A DNA stretch of 56,311 nt, taken from positions 1 to 56,311 of IMG/VR virus record IMGVR_UViG_3300036833_000194. One strand, written 5' to 3'. The translations under genes were made by a program, and so were the position numbers. The DNA comes from a virus. Taxonomy: Duplodnaviria > Caudoviricetes. Below, piece by piece: positions 45,329-55,520 of the stretch. The notes beneath the pieces are model-generated. The model was not told the DNA's origin. It was given only the letters and a program-made list of their open reading frames with translations, and did not search any database. Each line of letters begins with the position of its first letter. Position 1 is the first letter of the stretch.

Positions 45329-45625
45329 ATGCTTGTGACCGTCGAAGAAACCAGGAACATGACATGCCCGCTCACGGTAGCTAGGCAAGCTGTCGGGCCG
45401 TGCGTCGGACCGAATTGCATGGCCTGGCGCTATAAGGACCACGCGACGGACGAGCGCTGGACCGCGGCCGTCAAGAAGGCGGCCGCGGAACTCAACGACA
45501 CGAGCCCGTCGCGCACCAGGGCGGCGCAGGCCGTGATGGCAAACCGCGCGAAGTACGGCCTGCCCATCATCCCCGAGCGCGGCTGGTGTGGGCTCGCCGG
45601 CAAGCCGGAATGGTGGCCGAAATGA
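45329..45625 (+). CDS. Cys-rich hypothetical protein
   Basis: CP....C.G..CMAWR...G.CGLAG.P. Confidence 0.6.
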   Translation: MLVTVEETRNMTCPLTVARQAVGPCVGPNCMAWRYKDHATDERWTAAVKKAAAELNDTSPSRTRAAQAVMANRAKYGLPIIPERGWCGLAGKPEWWPK

Positions 45626-46161
45626 TGCTGTTCAGATCAATTGATGCGCTGGTTCTAGTCGCAAAAACGCGCGCGCGGCGTGGGCTATACGATGGCACCG
45701 TAAACGACCGCAACATGAGGCTGATAATGCTGTGCAGCCATCTCATCTCGGTAACGCTGATCGAGAGCGCACGACTCATCTTCACGCGGGACGTCGGCCA
45801 TCATTCCAGCGGATGGTGGAAGAACCCGGATTATGAGCGCTGCTACCATCTGTCCGTAAGCTTTTGCGTCACCCCCACCGATGAACCGCTTCCGTTCCGC
45901 AAGCCATTCGCCGAGAAACTGGCGCGCGCATTCTTCGGCGATGATGCGCGGCTGTGCTGGGTCGAGAAGTCTTATTCGCCCGAAGGCAAGATTTGCGATG
46001 TTCATCACTATCGTTTGTTCTGCGATCCGTCATGGTCGCCGATCTTGCCGCGCGGCGAGGTCTATTCGAAAGAGGATACGCCGCCGAACTGGCTTTCCTT
46101 CTCAGAACTGCATGGCGCAATCGATGTGGACGCACCGTTTCTGACGGCAGCATCACAATGA
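45622..46161 (+). CDS. Hypothetical protein
   Basis: FTRD.GHHSSGWWKNPDYERC.HLS.SF; ATGA-coupled. Confidence 0.65.
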   Translation: MMLFRSIDALVLVAKTRARRGLYDGTVNDRNMRLIMLCSHLISVTLIESARLIFTRDVGHHSSGWWKNPDYERCYHLSVSFCVTPTDEPLPFRKPFAEKLARAFFGDDARLCWVEKSYSPEGKICDVHHYRLFCDPSWSPILPRGEVYSKEDTPPNWLSFSELHGAIDVDAPFLTAASQ

Positions 46162-46200
46162 GCAGCGCAAGGGCCGAGCACAGAATGGGAGAATGACGAC

Positions 46201-47541
46201 ATGGACCAGCACCCGAACGCGCCAGGAAACACCGAGATGGAAACCGCCGTGACGGTCGCCAAGCCCGCCGCCGGCCAAGAGGTCCTCGGGCCAACCGATT
46301 CGCTAGGCAAGTCCGGGCTGGACCTCGGCCTGCTCCGAATGGAACTTGAGACGGCCATGGAGCACGCGCTGCGCCACCGCCGGAACATCAGCGTCGTGAT
46401 CGAGCAGATCAGGGCGATGGCGCTCTATAATGACGCCGCGGCGAACCGATGCGTCTATGCCTTGCCGCGGTCGGACAAAGCAATCATCGGGCCCTCGGTC
46501 GGGCTGGCGACCATCATCGCCACGTCATGGGGCAACTGCGTCGATTCCGGGTGGTGGGTACGCACCGACCGCGAAAACAAGATCGTGGTCTGCGCCGGGT
46601 CGTTCATCGACCTTCAGACCAACCGCCGGAGCGGCGCCACCGTGACGCGCCGCATCGAGGGCAAGGAGGGCCGCATCTACAACAGCGACATGATCGCGGT
46701 GACGATCCAGGCGGCGACGAGCATCGCTCAACGCAACGCCATCCTGAAGGGCGTCCCGGCCCCGATCTGGTGGCCGATCTACGAGGAGGCGCTCGTCGTT
46801 GTGCGGGGCACGATGGAAACACTGCCCGAGCGCCGGACGAAGATGATCGCCGCTTTTGCGCAATTCGGGGTCGAGGCGCGAAAGATATTCGGCGCGCTCG
46901 GCGTCAAGGACGAGCGGTGCATCACCCTCGATCACATGGTGATGCTGCGCGGCATGTACGAGCAACTCCGGGATGAGACGGTTACGGCCGAGGAGCTGTT
47001 CGATCCCCGCCGGATGACAAGCGAGGGTTTCGACCGCGTCCACCGGCCGCTCGGAGATGATGGCGACGAGGTATCCCCGCCTAGTGATCGCCCAGGTCGG
47101 GCGGGGAACGGAGCGGCCGGGCCAATCAAGGCACCAACATCTGGCCCGGCCGCTGCCAACACGAATGTTGTTGCAAAAGAGCAACAGCCGTCAGGTGCGC
47201 ATAAGAAGGCCGCTGGTGCGGGTGCTAACCCCCCTATGCCAGACAGCGCTGACGCGGGCAAGGCTTCTCCTGAGCCATCTGGCAAGACTGGCGCAGCATT
47301 CAAGACGAGCGGGGGAGCGGCCGCCGCCATACCATGGGCGCGCAAGACTGGCGCCGACTATGTGGAGTGGGCTGCGTCGTGGATGACAACCGCGGCGAGC
47401 GCCGACGAAATAAACGGCCGCTATACGGCGGAGCGGTCGATCCGGAATTCTCTAGGAACGCCGCTCGACGAGAAGGAACTCGCCGAACTCATGCGCATCA
47501 AGAAGGCGGCGCTTGATAGGTGCGGCGGACCATCGCAATGA
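46201..47541 (+). CDS. Putative recombination/annealing-associated protein
   Basis: YALPR..K.I.GPSV.LA......WGN...SIA.RNAI...P. Function inferred only from context next to the RecE-like and ATPase genes. Confidence 0.5.
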   Translation: MDQHPNAPGNTEMETAVTVAKPAAGQEVLGPTDSLGKSGLDLGLLRMELETAMEHALRHRRNISVVIEQIRAMALYNDAAANRCVYALPRSDKAIIGPSVGLATIIATSWGNCVDSGWWVRTDRENKIVVCAGSFIDLQTNRRSGATVTRRIEGKEGRIYNSDMIAVTIQAATSIAQRNAILKGVPAPIWWPIYEEALVVVRGTMETLPERRTKMIAAFAQFGVEARKIFGALGVKDERCITLDHMVMLRGMYEQLRDETVTAEELFDPRRMTSEGFDRVHRPLGDDGDEVSPPSDRPGRAGNGAAGPIKAPTSGPAAANTNVVAKEQQPSGAHKKAAGAGANPPMPDSADAGKASPEPSGKTGAAFKTSGGAAAAIPWARKTGADYVEWAASWMTTAASADEINGRYTAERSIRNSLGTPLDEKELAELMRIKKAALDRCGGPSQ

Positions 47542-47829
47542 GCAAGACGCCAAAGACTGACGCGCTCCGCGCGATGCGTGAGCAACGATGGGCCAGCGAC
47601 AAACGCAAGGCTGACAAACGCAGGATCGTTAGGCATCCATCCATGGCCGCCGCGATCAAGAAGAAGCGAAAGAAATAATAGGAGAGTGCAGTCCACCCCA
47701 AGGAGAACAACCTATGGCAAGCACCGACAAACTTGGATCAGTATTACTCGCGCTCGTGATCATGGGCCTGATAGTTTCTATGCTCGTCATGATCGCCATC
47801 TACATTTTGTTGTGAGGAGGAGGAGAGCC

Positions 47830-48192
47830 ATGACCTTTGTTACGGGCACACCGGAATTCCTGCGAAAGGCGGAGACCGCGGACCTCGGCAGGCCATCCAG
47901 AATCGAATGGAATGAGCCAGAACTCGACCGGCCTCATCAACTCGGTCCGGACGATTATGGTTTGCCGGCCAAACGGCCACTTTTTCCGGCAGTAGACCTC
48001 GACGGCCTGGCCAATGCGATCCGGCGCGACCCGCTCCGCGAGATCGCGGTCAAGACCCGGGCGCTGACCTACGGCGAGATGATGGACTATGCGGCGGCGA
48101 TCATGGGCCCGGAGTACAAAGCCCCGACGACGGCCCATGAGTTCGCGGCAATGCTCGACGGATGGACCAAGCGCGCTCTTGCCAGCGAATGA
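47830..48192 (+). CDS. Hypothetical protein
   Basis: Strong GGAGGAG RBS; last rightward gene. Confidence 0.6.
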   Translation: MTFVTGTPEFLRKAETADLGRPSRIEWNEPELDRPHQLGPDDYGLPAKRPLFPAVDLDGLANAIRRDPLREIAVKTRALTYGEMMDYAAAIMGPEYKAPTTAHEFAAMLDGWTKRALASE

Positions 48193-48270
48193 TCCGCGCG
48201 CCGCGCGCGGTTTCCATTCCTATGCCATTGATCGTCATCACGATCACCAGCCAGGAAGATCATGATTGCC

Positions 48271-48825
48271 TCATTTAGGCTGCTGAGGAGCTAGAGGAAT
48301 TACTCCTTGGTGCGAAATCTGATCTAGACGGTTCTGCACGGCTTCTATCCGAGTCTCCATTGCCTTCAGCCGGTCGGCCGGAGGAGCAATAGCGAGGACA
48401 TCCTTTCGCACTTCAGCAATTGCTTCGCGCACGACGCCGACGCGATCAACCACCTCTGTCCGTACGCCTTTGATATCTTCGCGGAACACAGAAGCTTGAT
48501 CTGTCATCCGGTCCGCAAATTCCTTGTGCTGTGCGAGCGTCTCCCGTTCGCCCATGTCGTGCTTAATCTGGGAGATTTCTCCGAGGATGGTGCCCTTCAG
48601 AACCCCTACCTGCTTGTCGGCGGTTTCTTCACTGTGGCGCAGGTCCTCCCGAACCCTGGCCTCCAGCGCCGTGAGGTCCGCCTTGCCGGCCGTCTGATTG
48701 ATCTGAGACCACATGAACCCCGCCACCCCCAGCGCAGCAACGACCCAAGGCGCAACGGTAGACGAAACGCCGTTCTTGTAGCTGCCGTTCATGGTAGATC
48801 GTGCTCTCGGGTTTGGAAGAGACAT
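48271..48825 (-). CDS. Membrane-anchored coiled-coil protein (lysis region)
   Basis: One N-terminal TM segment followed by a coiled coil. Confidence 0.6.
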   Translation of the reverse strand: MSLPNPRARSTMNGSYKNGVSSTVAPWVVAALGVAGFMWSQINQTAGKADLTALEARVREDLRHSEETADKQVGVLKGTILGEISQIKHDMGERETLAQHKEFADRMTDQASVFREDIKGVRTEVVDRVGVVREAIAEVRKDVLAIAPPADRLKAMETRIEAVQNRLDQISHQGVIPLAPQQPK

Positions 48826-48969
48826 CGCAGTCTTCCGTTACTTATTCTACCCGAATCAATGGTTCAAACGTAGCGTCACCTCATACGTTAGAACTAAGCT
48901 GGAGTGGGCCAGGGCGATCCTGGTGGCACGGGGCCACCATGGCCAGGGCCACCAGAGCGTCATTTCCCC

Positions 48970-49290
48970 TCACGGTACCTGCACGGTGGCAATGGCGGTT
49001 TGCTCGGCATCAGGTGTCATTTTGTGCGATCCCGACACGAGTTGCGCCAGGACTTCGAGGGCGCGGGCGATCGGCACGCCAGGGAATACGATTCCAGCGA
49101 CCTTTTCAAAAAGAGGCAGTTCATCCACCAGATCACCGCGCAGAGCCGAGAGCGCGTCTCCGTACTTGCCGGTTGCGAGCAATTCGGCCAGTGTCATGCC
49201 GTCCTTGATCACGTTCTCGATGTCGTTGATCGTGAGGCCGCTTGTGAAAACGGCCTGGAAGAGGGTTCCAAAGATACCGAATGGAAGCAT
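48970..49290 (-). CDS. Hypothetical protein
   Basis: AAGGAG RBS, MLPFGIFG start. Confidence 0.6.
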   Translation of the reverse strand: MLPFGIFGTLFQAVFTSGLTINDIENVIKDGMTLAELLATGKYGDALSALRGDLVDELPLFEKVAGIVFPGVPIARALEVLAQLVSGSHKMTPDAEQTAIATVQVP

Positions 49291-49405
49291 AGTGTTCTCC
49301 TTTTTTAGGTGGAAGAGATAACGATAGCGAGTGGGATAGCGACGCGGTTGCCTACCACAGCCAGATGGCAATTGCCAGAAATGTGGCGGCGATGCCGACA
49401 ATCTC

Positions 49406-50764
49406 TTATGCCTCACCAGCGTACTCCATGTGCATTCCGTCCGTGTCGGACGCGGGCGGACCGTCGAGCGACGAGCGCCCGAACCACGCTCCCCACGCGA
49501 AGCCGTGGCGCTCGAATATCGGGGCGAGGCGCCAGCAGCTACCCTTGGCTCCGGGCGCCGCCGGGCGCCCCCCGTAGGGGTTCCACTCGGCGTTGAGGTC
49601 GAGCGCCAAGCCGCGACTGTGCCGGGAGATGCCCCGACGCGGGTCAGAGCCGATGTGGCGGGGCACCCACAAGCCGTCGAACGTGAGAACATCGCCCATC
49701 AGCCCGGCGGCCTCGACCTCGGCAAACACCGCCTTGAGCGGATCAGCGGCGCGCTTGTGGCACTCGATCGTTCCGTTGTGGACTAGGTGCGATAGCTGAG
49801 GGATCGTGATGGTGATGATGTTCGCCGCGACCCACGCTTGGTCCGGGATGACCGTGCCGTGCGGCCCCTCCGTGTAGGGGAACGGCCCGAACTTGGCGTC
49901 GAGCTGCGCGCCGGTCAGCACCTTGAGGTGCGGGATGGCGTCGGTCTCCGATGGTGCCTCGGGCGGCGCCCCTGGCGGCAGCTCGATCTCGACCGTGGCA
50001 ACATCGTCGGTCGTGAGATGGAAGGCGCCCATGAGGCCCGGCGACATGTCGATGGCGCGACCAGTGTCCTCGTTCGGGCCCCAGTCGATCGGCTGGGCCA
50101 GGATCGACAGCCCGTTGGCGCTGACGCGCGCCAGCGTCTTCTGCAACCACGACTTCGGCGTGCGCTTGTAGTTCCATCGGCAGGCCAAATAGAACGCATG
50201 CGGGTTGAGGCGGCGGGCCAACCCGGTCGTGCCGGCCGGCTGCGCGTCGAGGAACAGGTGCTCCCCGACGACGACCGCGAACTTGTCCTTTTCCCCCGGC
50301 TCGCAGAGCGCGAGCCCTTCGTCCGGGCCAACGCCGCTGTCGTCCGGCCCGCCGAACTCGCTCACCCGCCCGGCGAAGGTCATGACGTTACGGGCGGAAG
50401 GGGTCGCCGGGTGCGCTGGAGGCTCCGTGGGAGGCTTTGGCGGGGGGGTGGCTGGAGGAGCAGGCGGCGTCGGGACGCTCGTCGGCGGCCTCGGCTTAGG
50501 CGCGGTGGGCACGGCGGGCGGCGAGGGTGCTTGGCCCGCGATGATGGCGTCCTTGCTCCGGCTGCCGACGCTCGAGCCAAGCTCGAAGGATATGGCCACT
50601 ATGAATGCGGCCGTGAGAACCCCGAACACGGCCCCGACCAAGGTCAGGGCGACGTCCCCGGACACCTCGGGCTTGATCCGGCCCGTGAGCAGCAGATAGC
50701 CGAAGCAGAGGTACCCAGCGATAATCACCAGCGAGACGACCGCGGTCCGCATCTTATCGTTCAT
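49406..50764 (-). CDS. Lysin: holin-like two-TM N-terminus + Pro linker + DPBB-like domain + M15 peptidase
   Basis: SFELGSSVGSRSKD; S.FGGPDD...GLARRL.P...Y.ACRW...DWGP...TGR.ID.SPG; SRHSRG.A.D.N...GF.WG...DGMH.E. Confidence 0.8.
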   Translation of the reverse strand: MNDKMRTAVVSLVIIAGYLCFGYLLLTGRIKPEVSGDVALTLVGAVFGVLTAAFIVAISFELGSSVGSRSKDAIIAGQAPSPPAVPTAPKPRPPTSVPTPPAPPATPPPKPPTEPPAHPATPSARNVMTFAGRVSEFGGPDDSGVGPDEGLALCEPGEKDKFAVVVGEHLFLDAQPAGTTGLARRLNPHAFYLACRWNYKRTPKSWLQKTLARVSANGLSILAQPIDWGPNEDTGRAIDMSPGLMGAFHLTTDDVATVEIELPPGAPPEAPSETDAIPHLKVLTGAQLDAKFGPFPYTEGPHGTVIPDQAWVAANIITITIPQLSHLVHNGTIECHKRAADPLKAVFAEVEAAGLMGDVLTFDGLWVPRHIGSDPRRGISRHSRGLALDLNAEWNPYGGRPAAPGAKGSCWRLAPIFERHGFAWGAWFGRSSLDGPPASDTDGMHMEYAGEA

Positions 50765-50779
50765 CGATGTTTCTTTCGT

Positions 50780-51181
50780 TCAGGCGCGGTCGTCGGGAAC
50801 ATGGTGGATGTTTCTTTCGTTCAAGGCGCGGTCGAGCCCATCGGTGACCGCCGTGAGGACTTCATATTGACCTCGGCTGTAACGGCCGGCGATGCGCGCC
50901 AGCATGTCGTGGCGGTCTCGGTCCTCGCAGAACCAGTTACTCTTGGTCGTCGGGAACATGGTGCGCTGGGCGTCTACCCGCACCGGCGCGCGCAGGCAGC
51001 AGTTCCCCTGCAGCACGAACCTGCCGTCTGCCGACCGCTCGTGTTGGATCGCGCCGTCCTTGGTGATCGGCCGGCCGTCGCTGTCCAGCATCGGGCACAG
51101 TATCTCGCGGCCGTCATAGTCGACGTGCTTCGCGAACGCCGGGCAGTGTTCGCAGCTATCCTTCGGGTCTCGGGCCATCAT
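50780..51181 (-). CDS. Cys-rich tail-associated hypothetical protein
   Basis: Located after the tail-fibre genes; ATGA-coupled. Confidence 0.55.
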   Translation of the reverse strand: MMARDPKDSCEHCPAFAKHVDYDGREILCPMLDSDGRPITKDGAIQHERSADGRFVLQGNCCLRAPVRVDAQRTMFPTTKSNWFCEDRDRHDMLARIAGRYSRGQYEVLTAVTDGLDRALNERNIHHVPDDRA

Positions 51182-51735
51182 GCCGCCTCTTTCGCTGCTT
51201 GATCGGCCTCGCCTTGGGCGGACGCGATCTCTTCGGGGTTGGTCAACCGGCGATTGATGCCGTTGATGGTGTCCTCCAGATTTTTCTGGCTCCTGACGAC
51301 AACATCTATCTGGGCCTGCACAGACGCTCGCCGATCAGCCGAAGCCGCGTCCAGCTCGATGTGGAGGTCGGCGATCTGCTGCGCGAGCACCGTCTTCACG
51401 TTCACAAGGGCATCGATCTGCTCCAGCTCGATGCTCCGTTTGCGGACTAGGTCGTCGGCGCGGGCCTGCTTTGCCCGCGCGCGCGATGCCAGCCACGGCG
51501 AGAGGTAGGGCTCGACCTGGGCGCGGTCGGCGACGCCTTCGAGCGGACCGTGGCCCTCGACGTGGCCGTGCCCGTGTCGGCCGTGCCAATGGATGGCGAG
51601 GATGGCCGTGCCCGGGATGAGCCGGGTCGCCCCTTGCACGTCGACGACCGCGAACGGGTCGCAATGGTATCCCTCCCCGTCCACGGACACGAAGAACGTG
51701 CCCGGGATGACGGTCATGTCGGTGAACTCGCGCAT
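51178..51735 (-). CDS. Putative tail-fibre assembly protein
   Basis: T.IP....V.VDG......AI.W....G.VE pattern; follows the fibre gene. Confidence 0.55.
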   Translation of the reverse strand: MREFTDMTVIPGTFFVSVDGEGYHCDPFAVVDVQGATRLIPGTAILAIHWHGRHGHGHVEGHGPLEGVADRAQVEPYLSPWLASRARAKQARADDLVRKRSIELEQIDALVNVKTVLAQQIADLHIELDAASADRRASVQAQIDVVVRSQKNLEDTINGINRRLTNPEEIASAQGEADQAAKEAA

Positions 51736-51738
51736 TTT

Positions 51739-53001
51739 TCATATCCCCGCGTCGGCGATCAGATGCACCCCGAGCGTCCCGCCGACCGCGGTGCTCGCGT
51801 TGCCGGTGGCCGTTAATGAAACGGTCTCGGTGGTCAGGTTGGCGGTGGCTGTCGCGCTGCAATCGCCGGCCGCGGTCTCGTCCCTGACCTGGGCGTTCGC
51901 GGCGGATGGGTTGTAGGTGGTGATTCCAGGCGTGGCCCTCATCGACACTGGATGGCGAGCCACGACCAACTCGGCGGCAGTGCCGGCCTTGCCCGCGATC
52001 ACTTGGATCTCACCGGTGTTGGCGCCGGCGCTCTGTGCCGGGGCCGTCCCATAGAGGAACGTTTTCCAGAAGTGCCGCTTGCATCCGAGCAGCATCTTCT
52101 CGATCGGCACACGCTCGAACGTACTAGCGAACACCCCAGATTCAAGCTGCACATCATCGATAGTGATGGAATCGTCCGCGCCAGCGGTGCCTACGGGGGT
52201 CCAGGTGAATTGAATTTCAGCCTGGGTGGAGGTAGTCGGCACGATGGCGGCGCTGGTGCCAGACAGCGTTCCCTGCACGCTCACCGCCAGATTTGTCGAA
52301 GCCGCCACGACGTTCGTCTCACCGGTGAAGCCTCCACCTCGTTTGCCGACGGAGCCGGTGCCAACGTAGAGCGTGGCCGTGATCGTGCCGCTCGCCGGCG
52401 ACCAATTCGCGCCGGCCTTCACCACGGCACTGATCGTCACCTTGTTGCCGCGCAGCCTGACGACCTCGTCGGTGTCCAGCGGGAATCCGAACGTGTAGGC
52501 GCCCACGCCCGTCTGGGCGTTGTTGCGGGTCACCTTGCCGGCGAGGTTCGAGTTGTTCGTGAGGCCGGCGACCGCAGCGACGACGGATGCCTGGTTCGCC
52601 CCGGTCGTGACGTACCAGCGGTCGGCCGTGTACGCGGTCGTGGAAGCGGCAACGGCTATCGAGGAGCTTGATCCGGCCCCGCGCTGCCACACCTCGAAGC
52701 CACCGTTGTCGCCGAGGATGTTCCGCCATTGTCCCGGATCCGTGGCCGTGTGGGCGACGCTGTCAATGGTGATGAATGGGCACCAGTTCGTGCCGTCGTA
52801 GATGTTGAGGACGTATTGCGAAACCGTGGTATTCATCCACGTTTGACCCGCAACGGGCGAGTTCGACACGCTAGGCCCGAGGGTTGGCGCGGTGGTGCCG
52901 GAAAACTGGGATATCTGAGCGGCCCAGGCCGCGTTGATGTCCGCGGCCATGGCCGCGCCCGTGAGCGGGGAGCCAGGAAGAATAACTGCTGCTTGCGACA
53001 T
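51739..53001 (-). CDS. Tail fibre/receptor-binding protein, paralog A
   Basis: RN.L..NGGFEVWQRG...YTADRW...VQLE.G..A..FE...L..C.R.F. Confidence 0.8.
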   Translation of the reverse strand: MSQAAVILPGSPLTGAAMAADINAAWAAQISQFSGTTAPTLGPSVSNSPVAGQTWMNTTVSQYVLNIYDGTNWCPFITIDSVAHTATDPGQWRNILGDNGGFEVWQRGAGSSSSIAVAASTTAYTADRWYVTTGANQASVVAAVAGLTNNSNLAGKVTRNNAQTGVGAYTFGFPLDTDEVVRLRGNKVTISAVVKAGANWSPASGTITATLYVGTGSVGKRGGGFTGETNVVAASTNLAVSVQGTLSGTSAAIVPTTSTQAEIQFTWTPVGTAGADDSITIDDVQLESGVFASTFERVPIEKMLLGCKRHFWKTFLYGTAPAQSAGANTGEIQVIAGKAGTAAELVVARHPVSMRATPGITTYNPSAANAQVRDETAAGDCSATATANLTTETVSLTATGNASTAVGGTLGVHLIADAGI

Positions 53002-53034
53002 GGCATTTTGCCTTTCATAAACAGTGATTTGATC

Positions 53035-54297
53035 TCATATCCCCGCGTCCGCGATCAGGTGCACGCCCAACGTGTTACCAACCACCGTGCTGAAGTTGCC
53101 GGTGGCGGTCAATGAGACTGATTCCGTGGTCACGTTCGCGGTGGCCACGGCGCTGCAATCGGCCGAAGCCGTCTGATCCCTGACCTGGGCGTTCGTGTTG
53201 TTCGTGTTGTATGTCGTGATCGTCGGAGTACCCCGCATCGAGACTGGATGGCGAGCCACGACCAGCTCGGCGGCAGTGCCGGCGTTGCCGGCGATCACCT
53301 GAATTTCGCCAGTGTTGGCGCCCGATGGCGCAGCCGGGGCCGTCCCGTAACGGAATGACTTCCAAAAATGTCTCTTACATTCCAGCAGCATCTTCTCGAT
53401 CGGCACACGCTCGAACATGCTCGCGAAGATGCCTACCTCAAGCTGCACGTCGTCGATCGTGATCGAGTCATCGGCGCCGGCGGTCCCGACCGGCGTCCAT
53501 GTGAATTGTAACTCGCCTTGCGTCGCGTTGGTCGGCACGGTCGCGGCGCTCGTCGCCGACATCGGCGCCGGCGTGCTCACGGCGGGGTTGGCCGTGGCCG
53601 CCACGACGTTCGTTTCTCCGGTGAATCCGCCGCCGCGCTTCGCCACGGCGCCGGTGCCGACGTAGAGCGTCGCCGTGATCGTGCCGCTTGCCGGCGACCA
53701 ATTCGCGCCGGCCTTCACGACGGCGCTGATCGTCACCTTGTTGCCGCGCAGCCTGACGACCTCGTCGGTGTCCAGCGGGAATCCGAACGTGTAGGCGGTC
53801 GTGCCGGTATTGGCATTATTGCGCTGCACTTTAGCGGCGAGGTTCGAGTTGTTCGTGAGGCCGGCGACCGCGGCGATGGTCGATGCCTGGTTCGCCCCGG
53901 TCGTGACGTACCAGCGATCAGCGGTGTATTTTGTCGTGGAGGCAGCAACGGCTATCGAAGCGCTCGACCCCGCGCCGCGCTGCCACACCTCAAACCCGCC
54001 ATTGTCGGAGAGGATGTTCCGCCATGGTCCTGGGACGGTGACCGCGTGCGCGACCGTGTCGAGGCTCAGCAGCGGGCAGAAGTTTGCCCCGTCATAGATG
54101 TTCCATACATATTGGGAAACGGTCGTGTTCAGCCAATCCTGCCCGGCGACGAGCGCACTCGACGCGCCCGGGCCGAGGGTCGGTGCAGCGCTGCCGGAAA
54201 ACTTGCTGACCTGCGCTGCCCAAGCGCCATTGATGACCGCGGCGGCAGCACCCAGGGTGAGCGGGGAGCCAGGGAGAATGACTGCGGCTTGCGACAT
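53035..54297 (-). CDS. Tail fibre/receptor-binding protein, paralog B
   Basis: Same length (420 aa) and near-identical to 51739-53001. Confidence 0.8.
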   Translation of the reverse strand: MSQAAVILPGSPLTLGAAAAVINGAWAAQVSKFSGSAAPTLGPGASSALVAGQDWLNTTVSQYVWNIYDGANFCPLLSLDTVAHAVTVPGPWRNILSDNGGFEVWQRGAGSSASIAVAASTTKYTADRWYVTTGANQASTIAAVAGLTNNSNLAAKVQRNNANTGTTAYTFGFPLDTDEVVRLRGNKVTISAVVKAGANWSPASGTITATLYVGTGAVAKRGGGFTGETNVVAATANPAVSTPAPMSATSAATVPTNATQGELQFTWTPVGTAGADDSITIDDVQLEVGIFASMFERVPIEKMLLECKRHFWKSFRYGTAPAAPSGANTGEIQVIAGNAGTAAELVVARHPVSMRGTPTITTYNTNNTNAQVRDQTASADCSAVATANVTTESVSLTATGNFSTVVGNTLGVHLIADAGI

Positions 54298-54311
54298 TTT
54301 AATGCTTCATG

Positions 54312-55508
54312 TCATAGGCACAAATAAATCGTTCCCAAAGCGGTCGGCTGCATCACGTTCACCGCCGTGGACGACCCGCCGGACGCCACGGTGATGCCGG
54401 TCACGCTATTTCCCGTAGTGGCGCCGCCAGTGCCCGCGTTTTGTGTGCCGCCCGTTTGCGCCACGGTGCCTTGCGGAGAGTTATAGGAATGATTGTGCCC
54501 GGTGCCGCTGTTGGGCTCGGTGATGGTCCAGTTGACGCTGGGCAGGTTGCCCTGGACCAGCGTCACGGTCTGGCCGCCTCCGGTCGCCATCGCCGAGACG
54601 CCGTCCGGCGACATCGTCAGGCTGGTCAGCCGGGAAGCGGCCGAATTGCCCATGTCGTCGAGCCCGGCCATCACCCTGCCGCGGAGGTCGGGAAGACCGA
54701 TCGCCTTGTTGGCGTTCCAATCGGCGACCGCGGACGCGCCGCGACCACCACCGACCGGGCAGATGGTGTTCGACAAGTTGTTCCACAGATAGGCGAACAG
54801 GTTGAACGCCGTGCCGCTCGCCAGCTCCGTCGCTCCGGATGACGCAGAGCCGATCGTCAGCGCGTTGGCCCGGACCGCCCCGGTAATGGAGAGGTTCTTC
54901 GTCGGCATCCAGAATGCGGCGCCCGTCGGCAGCGTGAATCCCGGCAGGTTGAGACCGCGCACGTAGCCCCAGATGACCCAAATGTTGCCGCCCTGATATA
55001 CGGCCGTGCAACTGTCCCCTGGCTGGGTCACGACGTTGGCCAGCCCTGGCGTGATGATGAGCGCGGCGTTGTAGGTGAGCGTCAACGTCCCGGAGAATTG
55101 GAGCTTTCGCTCCTCGCCGACCGTGGCGGCGGTGCCGAAGCTCGTGATGGCCGTGGTGCCGCTGATCGTGATGAACGTCTGCGGACTCGCCCCGATGTTC
55201 ACCGTCGCCGCCGACGCCAGCGTCGCCATACCGCCGCCCATCTTGGGCAGCCAGTTCGAGTTCGCGACATCGAGCGTGCCGGCCTTGTCCCAATTCACGC
55301 CGTCATAGAAGTTCAATACCGGGAAATTGACATTCGTGGTGTTGAACCAAGTCTGGAATTCCTGAGCCACATTGCCGGGACCGTTCGCCGGCATCGATGC
55401 CCCGGCGCTCTGCGTGGCCAAAGCATTGTAGGCACCGTTCATCAGACCAGCGAACGTCACCATCGAGAACGAGCCGCCGGTCGGGACGTTGTAAGATGCT
55501 TGTGACAT
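54312..55508 (-). CDS. Tail fibre with collar domain
   Basis: P.G......G.V.ANG-like, LF..LW, LPDLRGR..AG.D.MG, H.H, N.MQP. Confidence 0.85.
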   Translation of the reverse strand: MSQASYNVPTGGSFSMVTFAGLMNGAYNALATQSAGASMPANGPGNVAQEFQTWFNTTNVNFPVLNFYDGVNWDKAGTLDVANSNWLPKMGGGMATLASAATVNIGASPQTFITISGTTAITSFGTAATVGEERKLQFSGTLTLTYNAALIITPGLANVVTQPGDSCTAVYQGGNIWVIWGYVRGLNLPGFTLPTGAAFWMPTKNLSITGAVRANALTIGSASSGATELASGTAFNLFAYLWNNLSNTICPVGGGRGASAVADWNANKAIGLPDLRGRVMAGLDDMGNSAASRLTSLTMSPDGVSAMATGGGQTVTLVQGNLPSVNWTITEPNSGTGHNHSYNSPQGTVAQTGGTQNAGTGGATTGNSVTGITVASGGSSTAVNVMQPTALGTIYLCL

Positions 55509-55520
55509 CTGGTTCCTCTG

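Noticed and set aside
51739-54297. Diversity-generating retroelement (TR/VR pair)
   Set aside because: Both copies are full-length genes, the differences are not adenine-specific, and no reverse transcriptase is present in the window.
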